Shown: positions 7,996 to 16,723 of the stretch, piece after piece
Layout of the letters: every line of letters starts with the position of its first letter
Position numbering within the stretch: position 1 is the stretch's first letter
The notes under the pieces: generated by a model
What the model was told of the DNA's origin: nothing
The model's input: only the letters and a program-made list of their open reading frames with translations
Databases searched by the model: none
Position numbers and translations under genes: made by a program
Virus record (IMG/VR): IMGVR_UViG_3300028590_000010
Length of the DNA: 64,000 nt
Origin: an uncultured virus (IMG/VR IMGVR_UViG_3300028590_000010)
Lineage: Duplodnaviria; Heunggongvirae; Uroviricota; Caudoviricetes
Reading direction: 5' to 3' (one strand)

Positions 7996-8663
7996 AACTG
8001 TCTCCTGTCTCATGTCACCTATCCAGGGGGCGAGAGAGGGACGGACACACTTACCCCTAGGGGCAGGGTTGGTCCCTCTCTCGCCACACTCTGTTAGGGC
8101 CGTCTCACTTAAAGTGATCGGGCCCGGTCCCCTTCGCTACGCGCGGGGACCCTACCCATGGGCCGGAAGTGCCAGTTCCGGCCCATGGGGATGTTGGCGT
8201 TTTGCCCACTGACCACACAACCGCGTATGACTGCCGTCCGGTCCCCCTTCCTAGGGAGGATGCTCCGGCGGGTACGTCACCCTTCGTACGCTCCAGTCGT
8301 GACTTGCGGTCCGTACCGTTGCGCCGTTTGGGCGGTGGGGCCCATACCCCATGACGGGGCATGCCGGATTACGCGCGTCTGCGCGTGTCTCGGTATGGGC
8401 GTGCTTGACACACTGTTCAGTTCTCAATGGCCGTGTGAATGGCCGCACTGTGCCGTGCGAGGGCATCTGTCAACGCGCTCCCGCTCAACGCGGGGGGTCA
8501 ACTCACGCGCCCGGCCTTCCGTCCGGGCTTCCTACTCCTTGCCCCTCTCCCCCGACGGGGGAGAGGGACCCGGCCGGGGGAGGGACCTTCGTCCTTCCCC
8601 CTTGGGGTACCCCTAGTCTATAGCCGAATCGGCCGGAAGTGTCTTGACGTCGAGATAAAACGG

Positions 8664-8679
8664 TGTGACGTGCGTCACA
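8664..8679. promoter_or_regulatory. Perfect CRP/GlxR-type box TGTGA-CGTGCG-TCACA
   Basis: Exact TGTGA-N6-TCACA in a long non-coding region. Confidence 0.5.
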
Positions 8680-8857
8680 CGCATGTGAGCACACCCATGC
8701 TCAACTGAGCGTCAACCGGCGTTGACACCAAGTGAGCCGGCGTGCGCTCATGTGAGCGCTCACGTGAGAGGGGTGGTGCTCATATGAGCGGTGCTCATGT
8801 GAGCGGAGGGGGTGCTCATGTGAGCGCTCATACGAGCAGGAGTTTGCTCAAATGAGC
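8680..8857. repeat. Array of GCTCANNTGAGC palindromes (8 near-complete + 2 partial)
   Basis: Copies at 8699-8710, 8746-8757, 8758-8769, 8778-8789, 8793-8804, 8814-8825, 8826-8837, 8846-8857; partials at 8680-8690 and 8727-8737. Confidence 0.9.
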
Positions 8858-8897
8858 GGGGGTCCTGGCGCGCGGTCCCGCGAAATTTTTGCACCCT

Positions 8898-9371
8898 CTA
8901 CGACCCTCTAGAAGATTCCGACATATCGCCCATACCGTCGCGAATCGTCACCATCACCTTCTCGTACAGCCCTCCGTCCCACTCCCGGCCCACCTCCTTC
9001 AGCGCCAGGAGCGCGAAGGAGGAGGCCCGCGCCAGCTCCGGCGAACAGCGGTGACAGAAACCGAAGTTGGCGCAGTGGATCGTGGAGCGGCAGCCGGTCG
9101 GGTGTAAGTACGGCAGCACCTCGACGCCGACCCTCATGCGGTCGAGGACGAACGTGCCGTGCGCGGTGGTGTGGACGTACCCGTTGTCCCGCAGCTCCCG
9201 GACCGCCCTGGCCGCCGTCTCCCCGGCCACGTCGAACGTCTCGGCGATCCTCGGCACAGGGGGCACCTTCTGGCCGGGCATCAGGTCGCCGCAGTCGATG
9301 GCCTGTTCGAAATGCCGAACGATCCGCCGGTACTTCGACTCTCTCCCCTCGGGGGCGGGGCCGTCTTCCAT
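8898..9371 (-). CDS. GntR-family winged-HTH protein with Cys/His-rich C-terminal extension
   Basis: KYRRIVRHFEQAIDCGDLMPGQKVPPVPRIAETFDVAGETAARAVRELRDNGYV...GTFV is the GntR wHTH; C-terminal CRSTIHC...FCHRC. Confidence 0.85.
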   Translation of the reverse strand: MEDGPAPEGRESKYRRIVRHFEQAIDCGDLMPGQKVPPVPRIAETFDVAGETAARAVRELRDNGYVHTTAHGTFVLDRMRVGVEVLPYLHPTGCRSTIHCANFGFCHRCSPELARASSFALLALKEVGREWDGGLYEKVMVTIRDGMGDMSESSRGS

Positions 9372-9384
9372 CGTGTCTCCTTCG

Positions 9385-9708
9385 CTACGGGCCCAGTACT
9401 CGGCGCAGGGCCTGCTCCATTTCGACCCGGGTCTCCAGACTCACCGGGCCGAGGTCTTCCTTCAGCTCTTCCTGAAGCACCATGCCGATGTCCCGGCAGA
9501 TGATGTAACCGAAAGCGGGGTCACCGGGGTTGAGCCGGACGGCTCCAGCGGTCCCGTCGTGTTCCTTGCTGGTCGCCACCTGCGCGGTGATGTACTCGTC
9601 GTAGAGCGCGTTCAGCCTGTCGTTGGACACGATGATGCCGAGCACGGTGACATCCTGGTCGAGGCACAGCCGGTAGATGTGGCCGTACCGGGCTTCGATG
9701 ATGCTCAC
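9385..9708 (-). CDS. Divergent MazF/PemK-fold protein (107 aa)
   Basis: YGHIY...IIVSNDRLN...ITAQVAT...YIICRDIGMV...LGPVSLETRVEMEQALRRVLG follows the PemK/MazF pattern, but the R-P catalytic motif is missing; GTG start coupled to upstream stop. Confidence 0.6.
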   Translation of the reverse strand: MSIIEARYGHIYRLCLDQDVTVLGIIVSNDRLNALYDEYITAQVATSKEHDGTAGAVRLNPGDPAFGYIICRDIGMVLQEELKEDLGPVSLETRVEMEQALRRVLGP

Positions 9709-10046
9709 AGCTTGCCGATTTCCTTCAGGATGTCTTCGATGTGGCCGTTGAAGTACCGGCCGCAGCATTCGTACTCGATCATGGGGGCGACCGCGAGTCC
9801 GGCGAGTCGGCAGAACTGGTCGAAGGTGATGACGCCGCTCATGGGGTTGCCGTACTCGAAGCGGGCGACGGGGTTGTGCCAGTCGTCCCAACTCCACTGG
9901 GTGTAGTCCTCGTCGGGGAAGGAGTGGACGGTTCCACGGGAACGACGGTAGCGCAGATAGTAGTACTGACCGTTCGTGTCCCAGGCGTTCCACGACGAAG
10001 GAAGACCCATGGACGTCTGCACCGCGCGGACCAGGGTGATGTTCAC
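9705..10046 (-). CDS. Hypothetical protein (113 aa)
   Basis: GTGA-coupled on both sides; PSSWNAWDTNGQYYYLRYR. Confidence 0.7.
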   Translation of the reverse strand: MNITLVRAVQTSMGLPSSWNAWDTNGQYYYLRYRRSRGTVHSFPDEDYTQWSWDDWHNPVARFEYGNPMSGVITFDQFCRLAGLAVAPMIEYECCGRYFNGHIEDILKEIGKL

Positions 10047-10369
10047 GCGGGGTTCCCGTCCGTGACGTGCCGGACGCGGTTCCTGCGCATACACGCGCGC
10101 CACTTCAGCCGTTCCGGGTCTGCCGCGTCCACCTCGGCGGCCCGCTTGTAGGCGAGGTCGAGTTCCTTCTCTCGCAGCAGGGAGCGGCCGAGGTCGATCA
10201 GTCCGTGCAGCACTTCGGATTCCGAGGTGCGCGCCCCGATTCGCAGGCCGGTGAGCGCGGTGAAGGCTTGAGCCTTGGTGCTGTCTCCGGCCTTCAGCTC
10301 GGTGAGGTCGTCCAGATCTTCGCTGGTCAGGGACACATTTTTACGCACCCGAGGGGGCTTGGCTGTCAT
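10043..10369 (-). CDS. Ribbon-helix-helix / antitoxin-like protein (108 aa)
   Basis: RVRKNVSLT beta-strand, SESEVLHGLIDLG helix, C-terminal LREKELDLAYKRAA reminiscent of RHH MazE-type antitoxins. Confidence 0.5.
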   Translation of the reverse strand: MTAKPPRVRKNVSLTSEDLDDLTELKAGDSTKAQAFTALTGLRIGARTSESEVLHGLIDLGRSLLREKELDLAYKRAAEVDAADPERLKWRACMRRNRVRHVTDGNPA

Positions 10370-11082
10370 GCAACCACTTTAGCGATTTTTCTGCATCGAC
10401 GAAAGCGGTGTTGGTGCATCAGATGATTTCCCACCCACCAGGTGTACGCGGGTGGTATGGCCTGACGCACCCCGTCCTGGTTCGCCCATGGCATCCCCAT
10501 CGCCTGGGCTGCCTCGTCCACGCCGGAGAAGTTCCCCGCGATCGACCAGAACTCCCCCGGTCGCGGCTTGCGTCCCATGGGCGCGGTGCGGGCGACGTGG
10601 AGAGGGTGCGCTGGGGAGTCGGGGCGGGGCACACCACCGAACTCGAAAATCCTGTGCCGGTAAGTGGGTAGTCCGAACATCGCGCCGCACAGCATGACGG
10701 GGTCGATCAGCGGAGCGCCGATCACGTTCTCGATGACGTACGGAATGTGGTGCCCGTCGGCCCACAGAGCGGCGAGGGCGGCACGCAACGGCGGGATGTA
10801 GTCGGTGTGCTGGTACCGGACCGGGGCCGAGTTGCGGGCGACGGTGTGCGCGCGGCACACGGGGGACGCGTGGATGTAGTCGTACTCGTGCCCGTGGGCA
10901 CGCAGGTACTCGATGGCGTCCCCGTGCACGAACCGGATGTCCGGCGGGACGAGTTCCATGGGGCGGATGTCCACGCCGGTCACATCGAACCCGGCGAGGT
11001 GGTACCCCCAGCCAGCGCCGCACTGACCGCAGAAGAGGTCGAGCAGACGGGGCCGCCGGGGGATGTCAGTCCTCGCGGACAA
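10366..11082 (-). CDS. DNA cytosine methyltransferase (short phage type)
   Basis: Motif I LDLFCGQCGAG, motif IV HASPVC, motif VI ENV, RHRIF, motif X QAIPP; TTG start is estimated. Confidence 0.85.
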   Translation of the reverse strand: MSARTDIPRRPRLLDLFCGQCGAGWGYHLAGFDVTGVDIRPMELVPPDIRFVHGDAIEYLRAHGHEYDYIHASPVCRAHTVARNSAPVRYQHTDYIPPLRAALAALWADGHHIPYVIENVIGAPLIDPVMLCGAMFGLPTYRHRIFEFGGVPRPDSPAHPLHVARTAPMGRKPRPGEFWSIAGNFSGVDEAAQAMGMPWANQDGVRQAIPPAYTWWVGNHLMHQHRFRRCRKIAKVVA

Positions 11083-11353
11083 TGACGTGCTTCTCTTCCG
11101 GAAGCAAGTCGCCCACGGTCGGCTCCTTGCCCGCACTCTCCCACTGACCCTCGTGCGCGAGACGGATCGAGGAAGCGAAGTAACGCCGGTGCCCGCCCGC
11201 CGTCTTGGTGCAGCGCAACCGGCCACTGTCGGCGTAGATGTTCAGCGTGCGCGTGGTGACGCCGAGAACACCCGCCGCTTCACGGGGCGTCAGAAGGACT
11301 TCCAGGACATCCTCGTCGTCAGGGACGTTGGTGTAGATATCGGTCACGGTCAC
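11066..11353 (-). CDS. BldC-like MerR-family DNA-binding protein
   Basis: LLTPREAAGVLGVTTRTLNIYADSGRLRCTKTAGGHRRY parallels BldC LLTPAEVA...T.GGHRRY. Confidence 0.8.
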   Translation of the reverse strand: MTVTDIYTNVPDDEDVLEVLLTPREAAGVLGVTTRTLNIYADSGRLRCTKTAGGHRRYFASSIRLAHEGQWESAGKEPTVGDLLPEEKHVIVRED

Positions 11354-11686
11354 ACGCTCTCCAAAGTCGACATGTATTCAGATGCACCCGAAGGTATACC
11401 CGCGAGCTTTGGCCAAGGGAAGAATCTACAGGAAATTTTTTCATTTCCGAAGGCAACCCTCATAGAGGTCGAACAACCGTTCTACCTGTCAGTAACTGAT
11501 GTGACCCGCACCACACATGAGGTACTTTATTTATAAAACGTATAGCGACCGTATACTGGAATCCGGACACGCTGACACCACCCCCCGGTGTCGGCGCGCT
11601 CCTTTCTCCAGGGGATGCAAAACGCCTGCACGGTGACCGTGTGGGCGTTTTCTTTTGCCCGAAAACGGCCACCTCGGCAGGACCGT

Positions 11687-12271
11687 ATGACTGACGACAA
11701 TCTGCCCGCGTTCCAGGGCAACGAGGAGTTCTTCCCCGAGCAGCGACCCGACGACTACCCCGCCTACCACAACTGGAAGCGGGACCGGGAAGCCTCACGA
11801 CTTTCGGCCATCGGGCACAGCCCCGACGAGATCGCCGAGATCCTCAACCTCACCGACCGCGAGACCGGACTCCCGGACGCCCGCCGCGCGGTGACCGCCA
11901 TCCGGCGCGGACTGACCGCCGTCTACCGCTTCACGGCGGATGAGACGAAGCTCCAGGAACTCCAGTCCCTCGACGAGATGGAGCGCCACCTCTGGGGGCA
12001 GCTCCGGCGCGAGCACGTGCTGGTCCAGCAGGGCCGCGTGATCATGGTCGAGGGCCAGGTCGTCCAGGACGAACGCTTCGTCCTGGAGACGCTCGACCGC
12101 ATCCTGAAGATCAAGGAGCGCCGGTCCAAGTACCTGGGTCTGGACGCGCAGGTCCGCCTCTCCGTCGAGGCCGACCAGATCGGCAGCGAGATCAGCAGCC
12201 TGATCGCGATGATCAACGCCACCGAGGACGTCACCAAGGCGGCCCTTGGTTCGTCCGAGGACGACGGATGA
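11687..12271 (+). CDS. Putative terminase small subunit (HTH)
   Basis: HTH (GHSPDEIAEILN), ILKIKERRSKYLGLDA motif, position upstream of TerL. Confidence 0.65.
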   Translation: MTDDNLPAFQGNEEFFPEQRPDDYPAYHNWKRDREASRLSAIGHSPDEIAEILNLTDRETGLPDARRAVTAIRRGLTAVYRFTADETKLQELQSLDEMERHLWGQLRREHVLVQQGRVIMVEGQVVQDERFVLETLDRILKIKERRSKYLGLDAQVRLSVEADQIGSEISSLIAMINATEDVTKAALGSSEDDG

Positions 12272-12588
12272 CCACCTGGATCGTCACCAACGGCACGCTC
12301 TGGAAGCAGACTCCGGAGCTGCGCCGGGGTGAGATCAGGGGCTGGCTCGGTCTGAACGGGGTGAACGCCAACCTCGTTCCCGCCGACAGCGAGGTCATCA
12401 TCCGCGAGAACTCCGACGGCATCTGGGTCATCGACTTCGAGGAGTACCGGACCAACGCCGAGGGTCACGTCCTGCTGGACCCCGAGAACCCGGCCGAGGC
12501 GTACGTACAGGCGCGCACCGTCCCCATGGACATGGACCCGCCGCTGTACCTGCTGACCGCAGTACAGGGGAATGAACATGACAACTGA
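12268..12588 (+). CDS. Hypothetical protein (106 aa)
   Basis: Coupled ORF between TerS and TerL. Confidence 0.7.
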   Translation: MTTWIVTNGTLWKQTPELRRGEIRGWLGLNGVNANLVPADSEVIIRENSDGIWVIDFEEYRTNAEGHVLLDPENPAEAYVQARTVPMDMDPPLYLLTAVQGNEHDN

Positions 12589-14089
12589 TCTCGGGACGAT
12601 GGACCCGCAGGCCATGCAGGAGCTGGTCGAGCGACTGATCCGCACCGGCGACACCAAGCGGCTGAAGATCGTCCGGGACCAGCTCAAGGCAGCGGTCGAC
12701 CGCAAGCAGTCCACCGTGCGCCAGTCCAAGTACATGTCGGACCCGGCGCTCTGGGTCGACGAGCGACTCGGGCAGGCCGTCTGGTCAAAGCAGCGGGACA
12801 TCCTGGAGTCCGTCAGGGACTACCGCCGCACCGCCGTGCACTCGTGCCACGGCATCGGCAAGTCCCACGTCGCCGCGCTGGCGATCTCCTGGTGGCTGGA
12901 CTCCCACCCGCCGGGCGAGGCGTTCGTCGTAACGACGGCACCGACCACCGCTCAGGTCCGTGCGATTCTCTGGCGTTACGTACGCCGGTTCCACAAGTCG
13001 GTGGGCCTGCCCGGTCGCGTGAACCAAACCGAATGGTTGATCGACGAAGAGATCGTCGCCTACGGTCGCAAGCCCGCCGACCAGGACGAGAGCGCCTTCC
13101 AGGGCATTCACGCGCGGTACGTACTCGTCGTCATCGACGAGGCGTGCGGCGTACCGGAGCAGCTCTGGGTCGCAGCCGACGCACTGGCCACCGGTCCGGA
13201 CTGCCGCATCCTCGCGATCGGCAACCCGGACAACTCGGCCACGCACTTCTACAAGGTCTGTCAGCCGGGCTCCGGCTGGCAGACGATGGGCATCTCGGCG
13301 TTCGACTCCCCGAACTTCACCGGCGAGCCGGTCAGCGAGAACGTGGCCGCCTCCCTGGTCTCCCAGGTGTGGGTCGAGGAGAAGAAGCAGGACTGGGGCG
13401 AGGACAACGCCCTGTACCGATCGAAGGTGCTCGGCGAGTTCTCGGTCGACGCGGCCGACACGGTGGTGAGGGCATCCGATGTGGCAGCCTGCCGACTGGA
13501 CCCGGAGACCAAGTACTCCCCCGCTGACCTCTCGCCTGTGGAACTGGGCGTGGACGTGGGCGGTGGTTCCGACGAGACGGTCATCCGCGAACGTCGCGGT
13601 GTTCTCGCCGGACGCGAATGGCGTATCCGGACGGACCGACCCGAGAAGATCGCCCCCCTCGTACTGCGGGCACTGCGGATCAGCGGTGCCACCAAGGTAA
13701 AGATCGACTCGATCGGCGTGGGCTTCGGCGTGATCGGCGAGCTGCGCAACGCGGCCCGCCGGGGCGAGCACAACGCACAGATCGTCGGCGTGAACGTCTC
13801 CTCGAACCCGCACGACAAAAAGAAGTTCAAGAACCTGCGGGCCGAGATGTGGTGGACGATCGGCCGCGAGTTCTCGGCGGCCGGTGGCTGGGACCTGTCC
13901 CAGATGGAGAACGCGGACACCGCGTGCGCCCAGCTTCTGTGGCCGCGCTGGTACCTGGACGCCAAGGGCCTGATCCAGGTCGAGGCGAAGGACGACATCA
14001 TCCGTCGGTGCGGCCGAAGTCCCGATAACGCGGATGCTCTCCTTTTGGCCTATTTTTCCGGTTCTACTCCGAGGATGCGGTTTCTGTAG
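12578..14089 (+). CDS. terL: Terminase large subunit
   Basis: Walker A-like SCHGIGKS, Walker B VVIDEA, AIGNP, nuclease LGVDVG and SPDNADALLLA. Confidence 0.95.
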   Translation: MTTDLGTMDPQAMQELVERLIRTGDTKRLKIVRDQLKAAVDRKQSTVRQSKYMSDPALWVDERLGQAVWSKQRDILESVRDYRRTAVHSCHGIGKSHVAALAISWWLDSHPPGEAFVVTTAPTTAQVRAILWRYVRRFHKSVGLPGRVNQTEWLIDEEIVAYGRKPADQDESAFQGIHARYVLVVIDEACGVPEQLWVAADALATGPDCRILAIGNPDNSATHFYKVCQPGSGWQTMGISAFDSPNFTGEPVSENVAASLVSQVWVEEKKQDWGEDNALYRSKVLGEFSVDAADTVVRASDVAACRLDPETKYSPADLSPVELGVDVGGGSDETVIRERRGVLAGREWRIRTDRPEKIAPLVLRALRISGATKVKIDSIGVGFGVIGELRNAARRGEHNAQIVGVNVSSNPHDKKKFKNLRAEMWWTIGREFSAAGGWDLSQMENADTACAQLLWPRWYLDAKGLIQVEAKDDIIRRCGRSPDNADALLLAYFSGSTPRMRFL

Positions 14090-14759
14090 CTTTGTCGCTG
14101 TCGCGCTTCCTCTGCCACCGGAGCTTCGCACCGCAACTCCGTGAGCAGGTTTCCTGTTGCGTGCTGGGGATGCGCTTGAAGGCGTTGCCGCAGAACGCAC
14201 AGGAAACCTCTTCACCCCAGTTCTCGCGTTTTCCCTGACGACGATCACCACGCTGACGGCAGGACGAAGAACAGTACCTCTCCTTCGTCGGCTCGCCGCG
14301 ATTCGCGAAGTACCCGGCGTGCTCTGTACCGCACTCCGGACACGTGAACACACCGTCCGGGCTGCGACCTTCCCAGGTGCGTTTCCCATGCTCGCGGTGC
14401 CATGCGCGTCCCTCTTCGCTGCCATGCCATTCGGCAGCGGCTTTCAAAGTGGTCGCACGGTGTATCGCAAGGCGTTCTTCGTCGAACTTGCCGTTGCGTT
14501 CCCGGTGTAGCTTCTGGTGCTCCGAGGGCGAGAGAGCTACGAGGTTCTCCGGGACATTGTTAAACGGGTCGAAGTCCCGGTGGTGTATGTGGTGGCCCTC
14601 CAGTATCGCGCCGTAGGTGTCCACGTAGACGTCCCGGTGAAGGTAGCTGCGCCCACTCCCCCGAGGAGCAAGGTAGTAGACCCGTTTCGACCACTCAGAA
14701 CTTTCGGGGTTTCGCTTATACATGACACCCCGGTACTCAATTTCAGCAGGCGGTTCCAT
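14064..14759 (-). CDS. HNH homing endonuclease with C-terminal Zn-binding repeats
   Basis: LHRDVY...HIHHRDFDPFNNVPENL...EHQKLH; CPEC, YCSSSC, CAFC, TCSRSC; lower GC; opposite strand. Confidence 0.9.
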   Translation of the reverse strand: MEPPAEIEYRGVMYKRNPESSEWSKRVYYLAPRGSGRSYLHRDVYVDTYGAILEGHHIHHRDFDPFNNVPENLVALSPSEHQKLHRERNGKFDEERLAIHRATTLKAAAEWHGSEEGRAWHREHGKRTWEGRSPDGVFTCPECGTEHAGYFANRGEPTKERYCSSSCRQRGDRRQGKRENWGEEVSCAFCGNAFKRIPSTQQETCSRSCGAKLRWQRKRDSDKATETASSE

Positions 14760-14868
14760 GCAGATGATCGTATCGCACTGACGCCCTGCTGCTCGCGCAC
14801 TACAACGGCACCACGCCACGAATGCGTTTCCTGTGACCCTCTCGGCGGGTCGAAAGCGGGGAGGACCC

Positions 14869-15066
14869 ATGCACGCTTCAACAAGGAAGACCCTGCTGCC
14901 CAAGCTGGCACCAGGGGCAGCAGGGTCGATCATGTCGGGCCTTCTGGCCCTGGCCGCCGTAGCGCTGGTCGCGCTCGGCATCGGGATGATCTACATCCCT
15001 GCGGGAGTCATCGCCGCCGGTCTCGGCGCTGCGGTGCTCCAGTGGCAGTTCTTCTCCGGCCAGTGA
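14869..15066 (+). CDS. Small membrane protein preceding the portal
   Basis: GGAGG RBS; two hydrophobic segments. Confidence 0.7.
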   Translation: MHASTRKTLLPKLAPGAAGSIMSGLLALAAVALVALGIGMIYIPAGVIAAGLGAAVLQWQFFSGQ

Positions 15067-15360
15067 TCAGGCGCTCTTGCGGCCGAAGCCACGGCTCGGA
15101 TCGGCGCGCTTGTTCTCGACCGTGGCGGACCGGAAGACATCCTTCTCCACCTCGTCGGACACGTCGTCGATGACGCCTTCGCCGACGAACCGGATGTCTA
15201 CGCCTACCGCATCCATGTACCGGCGCAGCGTCGGGAACATGACGTCCGGATAGCTCGCTTCGATACGGCTCACCTGCGTGTTGCTCACGCCCATCTTCTT
15301 CGCCATCTGGGACTGCGACAGCCCAGCGCGCTTACGCAGGTCGGCAAGGGTCGTGGTCAT
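15067..15360 (-). CDS. XRE/HTH_3 DNA-binding protein
   Basis: LADLRKRAGLSQSQMAKKMGVSNTQVSRIE; AAGGAG RBS. Confidence 0.85.
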   Translation of the reverse strand: MTTTLADLRKRAGLSQSQMAKKMGVSNTQVSRIEASYPDVMFPTLRRYMDAVGVDIRFVGEGVIDDVSDEVEKDVFRSATVENKRADPSRGFGRKSA

Positions 15361-15409
15361 GGCTTGTCTCCTTCTTTCTTCTCAGCATCTCAAGTGAACA
15401 GGAGCGCGC

Positions 15410-16723
15410 ATGGGACGCACATTGCTCGGCGCGGTCCTGAAGAACAAGGCCCCGGTTCCTTACGTTCCCAATTCTCGGGGACGCGGCTGGCTGCCGACTA
15501 CCGCCTCCACGGGAGGCATGGTCGCGCAGATGCAGGCGCAGGGCCAGGTCGGGACACTCTTCGCCATCGTAGACCGCATCATCACGGCCTACTCACAGGT
15601 CGAGTGGAAGCTGTACCGGACCCCGCGTGACGGACGCCGTCGCTACGGCGGCGGCACCACGGGCGTCCAGGACAGCCGGATCGAGGTCACCAAGCATCCG
15701 GCGCTCGACCTGTGGCACCGACCGAACCCGTTCTTCTTCGGGTCCGCGTTCCGCGAGTCCACGCAACAGCACGAGGAGCTGACCGGCGAGCAGTACTGGA
15801 TCATCGTCCGCCGGTTCAACATCCCGGCCGAGCTGTGGTTCGTACGGCCCGACCGGATGGAGCCGGTCCCGGACTCCAACAACTTCCTCGTCGGGTACAT
15901 CTACCACGGGCCGGGCGGCGAGGACGTGCCGCTCGCGAAGGAAGACGTAATCTTCCTTCGCCGTCCTCACCCCCTTGACCCGTACCGTGGCCTGGGCGCG
16001 GTCCAGTCCATCATGGGCGACCTCGACGCCACCTACATGGCGACCGAGTACAACCGGAACTTCTTCCGGAACTCGGCGGCACCGGGCGGTGTCATCGAAG
16101 CCGAGAACAACATCTCGGACGAGGACTTCCACCAGTTCCAGCAGCGGTGGGCGGAAAGCCACAAGGGTGTCGCGAACGCGCACCGCGTGGCGATCCTCGA
16201 AGCCGGAATGAAGTGGGTCGACCGCAAGTACACGATGGACGACATGCAGTTCGTGGAACTGCGTGAAGCCTCCCGCGAGACGATCCGCGAGGCGTTCGGT
16301 TTCCCGAAGGCCATGACTGGCGCTACTGACGACGTGAACAAGGCGAACGCCTACGCGGGCGAGGTCATGTTCGCCCGGTGGATGACCAAGCCCCGACTGC
16401 TGCGGACGAAGGAAGCCCTCAACTGCCTGCTGCTCCCCCTCTTCGGGCGCGCTGGCGAGGGACTCGAATTCGATTTCGTGAACCCGGTTCCGGAGGACGA
16501 CGAGATCGCTGCGCAGGTGCTGCTCAGCAAGGCGCAGTCCGCCAAGTTCCTCGCCGACACGGGTCTGTGGGAAGCGTCCGACATTCTCTCCGCCGTCGGC
16601 CTGCCCGACATGACGGAACTCCCGGAACCTCGCACTCCCACCCCTTCCACGCGACCGGCCCTGCCGCCTGCTCAGGAAGAACAGAACAAGCCGCCCGAGG
16701 AGGCGACCAATGCCATTCATTGA
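15410..16723 (+). CDS. Portal protein (HK97 family)
   Basis: HPALDLWHRPNP, YRGLGAV, FFRNSAAPGGVI, DDMQFVELRE...IREAFGFP. Confidence 0.95.
   Translation: MGRTLLGAVLKNKAPVPYVPNSRGRGWLPTTASTGGMVAQMQAQGQVGTLFAIVDRIITAYSQVEWKLYRTPRDGRRRYGGGTTGVQDSRIEVTKHPALDLWHRPNPFFFGSAFRESTQQHEELTGEQYWIIVRRFNIPAELWFVRPDRMEPVPDSNNFLVGYIYHGPGGEDVPLAKEDVIFLRRPHPLDPYRGLGAVQSIMGDLDATYMATEYNRNFFRNSAAPGGVIEAENNISDEDFHQFQQRWAESHKGVANAHRVAILEAGMKWVDRKYTMDDMQFVELREASRETIREAFGFPKAMTGATDDVNKANAYAGEVMFARWMTKPRLLRTKEALNCLLLPLFGRAGEGLEFDFVNPVPEDDEIAAQVLLSKAQSAKFLADTGLWEASDILSAVGLPDMTELPEPRTPTPSTRPALPPAQEEQNKPPEEATNAIH

Noticed and set aside
8680..8857. Mini-CRISPR interpretation of the GCTCANNTGAGC array
   Set aside because: Units are 12-bp palindromes separated by gaps of only 0-16 nt, with no unique spacer-sized intervals.
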